This document shows, in pieces, positions 41,598 through 49,910 of a stretch of 64,000 nucleotides of DNA. The notes beneath the pieces were generated by a model. That model saw only the letters and a program-made list of their open reading frames with translations. It searched no databases and was not told where the DNA came from. Positions within the stretch are counted from its first letter, which is position 1. Each line of letters opens with the position of its first letter. This DNA comes from Nanobdellota archaeon (GTDB lineage Archaea > Nanobdellota > Nanobdellia > Parvarchaeales > Parvarchaeaceae): the NCBI GenBank assembly GCA_021852265.1, contig JAJZNV010000014.1, forward strand, positions 1,566 to 65,565. The letters run 5' to 3'. Made by a program: the position numbers and the translations under genes.

Positions 41598-42171
41598 AAA
41601 CGGTATATGGGTTTTCTGGATTTACTGGGTTAAAAACTGACAGTGAACAGACCGTTGAACCAGATGAAGCAGGCGGAATCTGATTCAGATAAACTTTCAT
41701 CCCCAGAGTCTGTAGCGTAATCGCGGAGCCGGATGCTATGTTGTTGAATGAACTTACTGAAAAAGAGGAAAAATAATTTATGAAATTTGAAAATAACGAA
41801 GTAAAATTAGTAAGCGAGTTTGACAAGACTGTATAACCGAGATTACAGCTTGTGCCACAATGAGCGGATAGAGAGGTCTGTTGGGAGGATAATGCAGTTT
41901 CGTACTGGGAAGGATGCTGCAAAGCAAGCGTATTTAGTGCCGCTGGCGTATCTACATAATAGCCGCTAAATAAGCTATCTAATGCAAAATTACATGTTTG
42001 GATAGAGGGTTCCTGGTTTACTGCAGTTATTAGACTGGCAGTCTGATTTTGTAAAAATGCTACTGCCAAAACTGATAAGATAACCGCCACCATAGGTACT
42101 AATACCAAATCCAGTATTGTTAGCTGCCCTCTTCGTGATTTGATTAGTTCCATATCAAGGTGATATCCCAT
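41581..42171 (-). CDS. Small pilin-like protein (196 aa) with class III signal peptide
   Basis: MELIKSRRG|QLTILDLVLVPMVAVILSVLAVAFL has RRG followed by Gln at +1 and a hydrophobic helix, loosely matching the euryarchaeal pilin QxSxExxxL pattern (here Q-x-T-x-L-D-x-x-L). There are 17-nt overlaps on both sides. Confidence 0.65.
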   Translation of the reverse strand: MGYHLDMELIKSRRGQLTILDLVLVPMVAVILSVLAVAFLQNQTASLITAVNQEPSIQTCNFALDSLFSGYYVDTPAALNTLALQHPSQYETALSSQQTSLSAHCGTSCNLGYTVLSNSLTNFTSLFSNFINYFSSFSVSSFNNIASGSAITLQTLGMKVYLNQIPPASSGSTVCSLSVFNPVNPENPYTVFGVLS

Positions 42172-42955
42172 AGCTTATTCCTACTTCTAAAACGCCCGTG
42201 TCCTGGTATAACGGCTGCCCTTGTGCGTTACTGAACTCTATATCGACCGGAAATGATTCAGTATACGTATCCTGAGCTGCGAGCGCAGATAAAAGAGAGT
42301 ATTGAGGAGCTATACTGTTGTGCGAATTTGAGGCCACCGCGACTATAATATTAAGTCCAAGTGAAGCAAAACTAACGGAGCTGAGCGCAACGCTAGCAGC
42401 TATGCTTGCGGCCATTGCCGCGTATTCCGCATATTTTGCTTCAGTATTAATTGAATTTTCCAGTCCTGGAAATTTTGAACCTATATTCAGTTGCGGGTAG
42501 TTCGAGAGTGTTATGGTGCCACTTGGTCCTAGATCACTCGGATTTTGCGTATCGACTAACGTTAAAGAAATTCCAGTAAAAGCGGCAAGCTGACTTGGGA
42601 GTGCTGGCAGGTTTGTTGCACCTCCAAAGTATATATATTGTATACAAGAAAGGAAATTATTTGTCACGAACTTATTAAAGTCAACGACGCCGGGCTGCGT
42701 ATCTGTAACCGAGAATATCGGACCACCTTGTATACCAGAATTATTATTATAATAATTCATGTTCGACTGGTAAGCGAAGCAATTCGGAGAAGTTATCAAT
42801 CTCGTACCGATAGCCGCTGCTACGGATTTCGCGTTCGCAAACACTGCAACACTGTTAATATTTGAAACGTTTACGGAAAGAACTATCAGCAATAGAGCAA
42901 ATGACATAACCAGGATGCCTGCATTTGTAAACGCCATTAGTTGGGTGAGTGCCAT
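42155..42955 (-). CDS. Membrane-anchored S/A/N-rich protein (266 aa) with N-terminal hydrophobic segment and a second hydrophobic Ala/Ser-rich segment
   Basis: The ATG lies immediately after the stop of the 858-aa gene (GGAGGTTAA-ATG) with a GGAGGT SD. The N-terminus is MALTQLMAFTNAGILVMSFALLLIVL. Confidence 0.55.
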   Translation of the reverse strand: MALTQLMAFTNAGILVMSFALLLIVLSVNVSNINSVAVFANAKSVAAAIGTRLITSPNCFAYQSNMNYYNNNSGIQGGPIFSVTDTQPGVVDFNKFVTNNFLSCIQYIYFGGATNLPALPSQLAAFTGISLTLVDTQNPSDLGPSGTITLSNYPQLNIGSKFPGLENSINTEAKYAEYAAMAASIAASVALSSVSFASLGLNIIVAVASNSHNSIAPQYSLLSALAAQDTYTESFPVDIEFSNAQGQPLYQDTGVLEVGISYGISP

Positions 42956-45532
42956 TTAACCTCCAGATAACACCTTTAGTATGGGCGTGAACCCAAATAG
43001 ATTTGTATTCGAAAGCGAGTTTGATACATAGGTACCCCCAAGAGAATTATAATTATTTGGGTATATGCCGAATAGAAGGCTATCTGAAACTGAAGTTATA
43101 TTGAAATCTGAGACGCCATCCGCCGCGATGGTCTTAACGACCGTAAAAGTAACATTTGCATAATCGGTAGGATAATAAGAAAGTGCATTATTACCTGCGT
43201 CATTTAACAGTGCCGAAACAATGTAGCTTCCAAGCGCATTCTGTCCAGATACTTGTAGAGAATTCAATGCGCCCTGTAATTTACTCTGCCAGTTCTTACC
43301 TAAGAGAGATACCATAAAATTAACCGATGGCGAATCCACACCCATAGACTGCTTAACTGTGGGAGATGGACCACCTATAAAATTACTCGTGGATTGGAAA
43401 GTTGAACTTTCTTGGGGGTTTATCGTTAGTTGATTTGGATAATCGCCTGGTGGTATCGAGAAGCCTACCTGCGAGGGATCATTGAAGAGAAACGAATTTT
43501 TGTTAATGTTACTGCCCAGGTTAAATGCACGCTCACCAAATATTAGATTTTCATGTCCATTTGTAAGATTCGTAACGTTTATGCATGACATAGTAAGTCC
43601 GTACTCAGTAAGATATCCTTGACCAAGTCCGTTTCCACTGGGGGCAATCTCCGAGAAGGGGTTCCCATTTCCATCCAATAACATCCTGTTCAAACAGATT
43701 TTTGAACTGCCGGTAGAGTTTGACAATGATACGGAAAACTGCGACGGCACGAGGATGCTTACGGTAAATGTATTTTGTTTATCTGTTAGCATCTGATTAA
43801 CCATGTCTGAAATAGTTTTTGGGTATAGTGCACTTAGGCTTGAGCACATAGTGTTGTACATCCCCTGTGTCAATGAGAACGAGATATCTCCGTTGCCAGC
43901 AGGAAATACTAACGTAGCTAAATTACCATTCACATCTGGAGTAGTGGTTGCGATACTACATAGGTCGGACAGGTCTGTTATTATTGGTGCCCCACTCAAG
44001 GTTGGTATTCCATTTGACTGGCCGTTAACGTATAATTCACCACCATAACCAACAAAATAGGTACCGATATTCGTCACGACATTTAGTTTATTGTAGAAAT
44101 CTACTGGACTAGTTATTTCCCCGTATGCCTGCAGCCCTTTGCTTAAGATATTGTTTAGGCTTATTCCCTGTGGCATTGAACCTAAACACGAGGCAGTTTG
44201 TGCATACACCAAAAGGGATTTTCTTGCAAGAAAACCAACTGAGGAAAGCAGAGGGTCCCCTGCTCCATTAAACTTGACATTGCCTATAAATGAGTTATCC
44301 GCACTAAGAGAGGCTGGAGTTCCAACGCCGGCAGAAGGCGTATTATAAGCACCTACAGCGGGTTGGTTTGCAGCATATTGTCCCAGTTGACTAAAAATCT
44401 GTTGCTGGAGATTAGCGTTACCGATAACTAATTGTATGGCATTATAAGTCTGTGGATTTACAGTTTGACTACTAGCAAAATCGCCCGCAGATGAAGCGAG
44501 TGTAGTATACTGCTGTAATTGCAGGTTTATAGCCGCGTCCTGTGATGCTATTGGCGCGCCAGTATCATAGCTAGCCGCAACGGTGTTTGCCTGTACTTGC
44601 GCATTGGAAGGTATCCCACCTATTGTATTACCTGCTACAGAGAACCCGTTGGTGATAACATTATAAACCGTGCTAAAAGGATTAGTAACTACGCTAGAGC
44701 CAGGGGCGCCTGCTGATAGCCAGAAAACCAAGCCTATCTGCCCTATATTAGCACCTAATTTAGTCAGAAAATTTGCATTTCGATATGTGTCGTAAATGTC
44801 CTGTACTTTCTTTATGTTTGAATATGCCTTTCCAAGATAAGAAAGTACCAATTCAGAGTAGCTTGTGGGTGTGATTATCCCGCTAAATACATCGCTCTTC
44901 TGCTGAATAAATCTCTTTGCTTGGGCAGTTAGACTCGGATTATCTGCCCTATTAAATAAAGCATCCAAGCCTTCCATTGCTTGAGCTTCCCGCTCCGGGC
45001 CGAATTGTTCGTTAAAGGCTAATCTTGCAGACCTATAAGTACGCTTATATATTGTTGTCGCCAATGCTTCCTCCCCAAAATCATTTTCTGCACTAATTGC
45101 GGCTTCACTAAGTGAGTCAACCTCTGCAGAGGCCTCATCTGCTGCTGATGCAGCTTTCGGACCTGGCGGACCGACAGTCAACATAAAACACAGTGCTACG
45201 CTGAATGTATTCGTGCCCACATCCAGAGTAGGGCCGCTTGCGTATGATACATTGTATATTTTGGACCCTCCGCCGCAATTATATGCATCTGTAGAGGGGT
45301 CCCAAGTACAAAGTGAGTTATTCCCAGATAAGGTTATGCTCAAAGAAGAAGGCGCCATATAGAGTGCATTTTTCACTGCGGCCAGATTATTAGCAAATAA
45401 CTGCAGAGAGTTCGCACCGTTCTGAAAAAAGAGCCCTTGCATGTTTGCAAAATAAATCCCTACCAAAAGAAATGCTGCGGAGATTATGACTATCGCTATA
45501 CCTATGACTATCTGTGCATTCTTGCCTAACAT
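42956..45532 (-). CDS. Large pilin-like or membrane-anchored Asn/Ser/Thr/Gly-rich surface protein (858 aa); first gene of the operon
   Basis: The N-terminus is MLGKNA|QIVIGIAIVIISAAFLLVGIYF, giving Lys, Ala at -1, Gln at +1 and a hydrophobic helix. There is an internal Ala/Glu-rich helical segment. A TATA-like element lies about 33 nt upstream. Confidence 0.65.
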   Translation of the reverse strand: MLGKNAQIVIGIAIVIISAAFLLVGIYFANMQGLFFQNGANSLQLFANNLAAVKNALYMAPSSLSITLSGNNSLCTWDPSTDAYNCGGGSKIYNVSYASGPTLDVGTNTFSVALCFMLTVGPPGPKAASAADEASAEVDSLSEAAISAENDFGEEALATTIYKRTYRSARLAFNEQFGPEREAQAMEGLDALFNRADNPSLTAQAKRFIQQKSDVFSGIITPTSYSELVLSYLGKAYSNIKKVQDIYDTYRNANFLTKLGANIGQIGLVFWLSAGAPGSSVVTNPFSTVYNVITNGFSVAGNTIGGIPSNAQVQANTVAASYDTGAPIASQDAAINLQLQQYTTLASSAGDFASSQTVNPQTYNAIQLVIGNANLQQQIFSQLGQYAANQPAVGAYNTPSAGVGTPASLSADNSFIGNVKFNGAGDPLLSSVGFLARKSLLVYAQTASCLGSMPQGISLNNILSKGLQAYGEITSPVDFYNKLNVVTNIGTYFVGYGGELYVNGQSNGIPTLSGAPIITDLSDLCSIATTTPDVNGNLATLVFPAGNGDISFSLTQGMYNTMCSSLSALYPKTISDMVNQMLTDKQNTFTVSILVPSQFSVSLSNSTGSSKICLNRMLLDGNGNPFSEIAPSGNGLGQGYLTEYGLTMSCINVTNLTNGHENLIFGERAFNLGSNINKNSFLFNDPSQVGFSIPPGDYPNQLTINPQESSTFQSTSNFIGGPSPTVKQSMGVDSPSVNFMVSLLGKNWQSKLQGALNSLQVSGQNALGSYIVSALLNDAGNNALSYYPTDYANVTFTVVKTIAADGVSDFNITSVSDSLLFGIYPNNYNSLGGTYVSNSLSNTNLFGFTPILKVLSGG

Positions 45533-45554
45533 AACAGATAGTAAATAGATAAAT

Positions 45555-45575
45555 CCCGGTTATTTATAGCTTAGA
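45555..45575 (-). promoter_or_regulatory. Candidate archaeal TATA/BRE promoter for the surface-protein operon
   Basis: The reverse complement reads gcTATAAATAAccggg, centred about 33 nt upstream of the ATG at 45532. Confidence 0.3.
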
Positions 45576-45766
45576 TTCTTTGCTACTCAATTAAAGATAA
45601 AAACAATTAGAAACCCTTTTTCTATAAAGGACGCCCACCTCTAATTTTTCAGATAATTTGGGGCGAACGAGCCGGTTTTATTATAGAAAGAGACACAAAT
45701 TATTGTGGCTGCTCCAATAAACCCTCTCCTTTTTATTCAAAAAGGCACAAGAATATAAAACTAAAC

Positions 45767-45837
45767 GCCTCGAGCAGGATTCGAACCTGCAACCCTTTGG
45801 TTAACAGCCAAATGCTCTGCCGTTGAGCTATCGAGGC
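45767..45837 (-). tRNA. tRNA-Asn (anticodon GUU)
   Basis: Hand-folded. The acceptor pairs GCCUCGA with UCGAGGC, with discriminator G. The D arm is GCUC-AACGGCA-GAGC. The anticodon arm is UUUGG-CUGUUAA-CCAAA. The T arm is GCAGG-UUCGAAU-CCUGC. Confidence 0.8.
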
Positions 45838-45844
45838 TTCTAAA

Positions 45845-47080
45845 TCAATTTTTATTTATAGATTTTGATGATATAAATTCTTTTAATTTTTTGTTGATGA
45901 AGACCTCAAAATCTTTTATATTATATGGCTTATCGTAAGCTGCAAATTCACCATGTATATAGGCATTTTTATGCTCCTCTAAAAATCTTCTGAAGTTCTC
46001 TACATCCAACCATACCTCAGGACCCAATACTCTTCTGGTTTTTGCACTTGGGATGTTTGCGACTTGTAAGAAAAGATGGACTTCATCTTCCTTGTAGACA
46101 GGATTACAATCATAAATTAGTATATCATTATCCGCCAGCTCTTTCAATAGTTTAAACATGTTTTTATTGTACATCGACAGAAACTTATCTTTTGGCCCAA
46201 TTATTTTCGTCTTATACTTGAACAATTTTACGCCTCTCCTTTTAGAAAGTGTCAAAACCTCTTTTTTAGAGTCCTTATCTATAAAAAACCCAAGGGAAGG
46301 ATTTGCCGTAAAATTTTTAATGGCGAACACGAACTTCGCAAAGTTTTCTGTATTTAGCGACCCACACACATTCCTCTTAGGATTTGTTGGATCCACAAGT
46401 ATCAACGGGCTGCCACGTGCACCTATCATATCTAATGCCTTTCCCATATCAGGGTATATATTTTCTATATCAACGTAAACTCCTGGTTTCCAAGAAAGCG
46501 CTTCCGTAAATAAATTTAATATCCCACCATATCTTATCGTTAGCAATTCAAGCGAATATCCCGAAAAGCCATGAATGTATGTTTCTGATCCATAACAGCT
46601 ATTTGCCTTACAAAATTGTTTTAAAATTATTATGTCTTTTCTTAGTCCGTTATTTAATTTGTTCTTTATGTAATCCGCATGTAATATTGATAAATCAATG
46701 GAGTTTTTCACCCCCGCTATATCCTTGAATTTTACTAAAGGAATTATCTCTACGACTATCCCATTTATTTTTCCTCTATAATAGATTCTGGTTCCATGTT
46801 CCTGTGAGAAATCTTTCGGCACCAGTTCTCCTAGTTTACAAGTCGCCTTTTCAGAGTCGAATAAAACAAAGATATCAATATCACTTTCCTTTTTTATCCA
46901 GGTATTTTTAGCGTACGAACCAGCAAAACTTATCTCAATGCGGGCTTTCACAGATTTTGTTTGGTTCATAAGGAACGATTTTATTTTTTCTGCTGCAATA
47001 TCTACATTCCTTCTATCCCGTACATCTGGTACGAAAGCTTTATAGGCAGATTCGATTACACTATTAGTTTTATTAGGCAT
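45845..47080 (-). CDS. cca: Archaeal class I CCA-adding tRNA nucleotidyltransferase
   Basis: GSYAKNTWIKKESDIDIFV matches the pol-beta nucleotidyltransferase motif (GS...DIDxFV) of archaeal CCA enzymes. The length of 411 aa is typical. Confidence 0.8.
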   Translation of the reverse strand: MPNKTNSVIESAYKAFVPDVRDRRNVDIAAEKIKSFLMNQTKSVKARIEISFAGSYAKNTWIKKESDIDIFVLFDSEKATCKLGELVPKDFSQEHGTRIYYRGKINGIVVEIIPLVKFKDIAGVKNSIDLSILHADYIKNKLNNGLRKDIIILKQFCKANSCYGSETYIHGFSGYSLELLTIRYGGILNLFTEALSWKPGVYVDIENIYPDMGKALDMIGARGSPLILVDPTNPKRNVCGSLNTENFAKFVFAIKNFTANPSLGFFIDKDSKKEVLTLSKRRGVKLFKYKTKIIGPKDKFLSMYNKNMFKLLKELADNDILIYDCNPVYKEDEVHLFLQVANIPSAKTRRVLGPEVWLDVENFRRFLEEHKNAYIHGEFAAYDKPYNIKDFEVFINKKLKEFISSKSINKN

Positions 47081-47107
47081 ATGTATGTCTAAGGCGTTAT
47101 AATATTT

Positions 47108-49807
47108 ATGGATATCCTAAGTGATAAGCTACAAAAAATATTGAGGGAAGCCGGGTTCGGTGAATTAACTGAGATACAGAAGCTTGCGATACCTAGAATA
47201 AGTGCCGGAGAGAACCTCATACTCGGTGCCCCGACAGGATATGGAAAGACTTTGGCTGCTTTCCTTCCTTTTTTGGACAAGATTGATACTGGAAGCGGTA
47301 ATCTGCAGCTTCTCTACGTCACGCCATTAAGATCGCTTAATCGTGATATATTCAAGAATATAATAACTATAAGCAATAAGATGGGTGTCGAAGTCGATAT
47401 AAGACACGGTGACACTTCTGCAACAGAACGTGCAAATCAGGCTAAAATGCCACCACACTGTTTGGTAACCACTCCTGAAACGTTACAGTCGATGTTCTTA
47501 AGCAAACGACTTGTAGAGCACCTAAAAAATGTAAAATACATTATAGTAGATGAAGTACAAAGTCTGATGGAATCAAAAAGGGCAACGCAATTCAGTGTCG
47601 CCCTTGAACGCTTGAGACGGATAACTAAATTCCAGACTGTAGGAATAAGCGCAACGATTGCAGATTTTAATGCATCAAAAGAATTTCTGGATTGCAAAGA
47701 CAGTATAGAATTTAAGGGTGAAAAAAAGTACGGCATAGAAGTAATTTATCCAAACATAAAAAGAGAAGATGAGACTGCAGCTTCAGAAGAGAGCATGAGT
47801 GAAGTCGTGGCTAATTCATTGAGGTATATACGAGATGAGCTTGAGAGCTCAAAATCCACGCTCATATTTACTAACACTAGAGAAACTGCTGAGCTCTTAG
47901 GCTCGCGGCTATCGAAGTTCTTGAAAGACAAGCATCTTGAAGTCCACCACAGCTCCCTCTCAAAAGAAGTTAGGATGGAGATAGAAAATAAGTTTAAGGT
48001 TGGAGAAGTCAATCTGATGATAGCGACCAGTTCATTGGAATTGGGAATCGACATAGGTGATGTTGACCTGGTTATCCAATATATGTCGCCTAGACAAGTA
48101 ATAAAACTGATACAGCGAGTCGGACGTTCTAACCATAATCGTAGTGGTGTTGCAGAGGGCAGAATATTGACTATAAACTTAGATGACTACTTAGAAAGCC
48201 TAGCTATAAATAATTGCCGCATTGCAAATAAACTGGAAAGCATACCTATGCCGTCGGGAAGTCTTGATATTCTGGCGCATCAGATAGTTGGCGTGGTTAT
48301 AGACGGTGTAGGAAAGCCTGATGAAATATTCAGGACGATACAAGAAGCATACGCATATAAGAACCTGACTAGGAAAAAATTTAATGAAGTTCTTGATTTC
48401 TTGATGAAACATTACCTAATAAGATATTATGGTGAATATCTAATAAGAACACGCAAAGGCCTCCTTTTCTATATATCAAATATTTCATCCATCCCGGATA
48501 GAAAAACGTTTATCGTAATTGATAGCCAACTCAACAAAAAGATAGGTGTTCTTGATGAGGGTTTTGTTGCAGAAAATGGGAAAGAAGGCAATCAATTCAT
48601 AATGCGCGGTGAAACTTGGAAGATAGTAAAGATAGAAGGGCCAAAAATAAGTGTTATTAGGAGTAACGGTTCACTTGGTGCGATACCTGCGTGGGAAGGA
48701 GAGCTTATGCCAGTTCATAGATTTGTCGCAGAGGCGGCATCAAGATTAAGAAAAGATTACATATCAAAATTCGCTATCCTTAAAGAACAAGATGCTAATT
48801 TTTATTTACCGGATCCGGAAAATCTTTTGTTGGAGAAGATAGAGGATTACGTAATAATACACTCTCCATTTGGTAACCGAATAAATGAGGGACTGTCAAA
48901 AGCTGTCTGCGCCGTAATCTCTGAGATTATAGGAGAGAGCGTTCTAAGTAAGATAGATCCGTATAGAATAATGATAAAAACGCACCTCCCACTAAAGGAA
49001 GTCAACAAATTACTTGTTTCTATCTCAAACATAGAGGAACTTATAAAGGAGAATATAAGGCGTACCTCTCTGTATGAATACAGATTTCTTAATGTCGCGA
49101 AAAGATTCGGTATAGTAAGTAAATATGCTGACTTCACTAAAACGCGGCTCCACACGTTAATAGATCTTTACAAAGGAAGCATCATTGAGGAGGAGGCCTT
49201 CAATGAGATATTTAGAGACAAAATAGACATCCCTGGCGTAATAGATATTGTAGAGAAGATAAAAAAAGGGCAGATAAAAATAAGATTAAACGAAGGGGAG
49301 CCATCACCACTTGCTTATGAAGGAATAGAAAGTTCCTATGGTGGATCCCTCGTAAAGCCTGCCGAAGCCAAGAAACTGTTAAGAGAGCTCATTATAAACA
49401 GATTAAATGAAACGCGCATGTTTTTGCAGTGTCTCAACTGCGGGAATGAAATCGGAGAAGTGGCCACAAGCAATACTGACGGATTAAAATGCGGAAAGTG
49501 TGGTGCAAAGTATCTTGGATTTTACAAAGCCAAATATCATGATGAATATGGGCTGTTGGTAAAAAAATGGCTTAAACAGAAGAAACTAACGACGGAGGAG
49601 AGTAGAATTTTGAACGGAATAAAGCTGAATGGGGGGCTGTACCTTGCATACAGTGGAAAAGCTTGCTTCGTCGGTGCTTCTTATGGTGTTGGGCCTAGAA
49701 TGGCCAGCAGGATCCTATCCACATATAGCAAAACTGAGGAGCAGCTTATTGATAAGATAATAGAAGCAGAAAAGAACTATATAGAAACGCGAGAGTATTG
49801 GGGTTAA
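47108..49807 (+). CDS. lhr: Lhr-type large superfamily-2 ATP-dependent helicase
   Basis: Walker A GAPTGYGKT, DEVQ box and helicase motifs are present. A long C-terminal extension carries a Cys4 zinc ribbon (CLNCGNE...CGKCG). At 899 aa the size matches Lhr-core. Confidence 0.8.
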   Translation: MDILSDKLQKILREAGFGELTEIQKLAIPRISAGENLILGAPTGYGKTLAAFLPFLDKIDTGSGNLQLLYVTPLRSLNRDIFKNIITISNKMGVEVDIRHGDTSATERANQAKMPPHCLVTTPETLQSMFLSKRLVEHLKNVKYIIVDEVQSLMESKRATQFSVALERLRRITKFQTVGISATIADFNASKEFLDCKDSIEFKGEKKYGIEVIYPNIKREDETAASEESMSEVVANSLRYIRDELESSKSTLIFTNTRETAELLGSRLSKFLKDKHLEVHHSSLSKEVRMEIENKFKVGEVNLMIATSSLELGIDIGDVDLVIQYMSPRQVIKLIQRVGRSNHNRSGVAEGRILTINLDDYLESLAINNCRIANKLESIPMPSGSLDILAHQIVGVVIDGVGKPDEIFRTIQEAYAYKNLTRKKFNEVLDFLMKHYLIRYYGEYLIRTRKGLLFYISNISSIPDRKTFIVIDSQLNKKIGVLDEGFVAENGKEGNQFIMRGETWKIVKIEGPKISVIRSNGSLGAIPAWEGELMPVHRFVAEAASRLRKDYISKFAILKEQDANFYLPDPENLLLEKIEDYVIIHSPFGNRINEGLSKAVCAVISEIIGESVLSKIDPYRIMIKTHLPLKEVNKLLVSISNIEELIKENIRRTSLYEYRFLNVAKRFGIVSKYADFTKTRLHTLIDLYKGSIIEEEAFNEIFRDKIDIPGVIDIVEKIKKGQIKIRLNEGEPSPLAYEGIESSYGGSLVKPAEAKKLLRELIINRLNETRMFLQCLNCGNEIGEVATSNTDGLKCGKCGAKYLGFYKAKYHDEYGLLVKKWLKQKKLTTEESRILNGIKLNGGLYLAYSGKACFVGASYGVGPRMASRILSTYSKTEEQLIDKIIEAEKNYIETREYWG

Positions 49808-49910
49808 AATAACCTAAAAATCGGAAATCTGAACAAAAACTATGAGATCTTCCAATAGACCAGCGAGTTTCTACAAAGAAGACACGACTAGAAATTCTTT
49901 GTAAGGTATT

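Noticed and set aside
42155-42171. The identical 17-nt overlap lengths at both pilin-gene junctions could reflect a programmed frameshift fusing the genes
   Set aside because: Each downstream gene has its own ATG and N-terminal signal-like hydrophobic segment. Ordinary translational coupling is the simpler explanation. I left it as a note within the operon finding.
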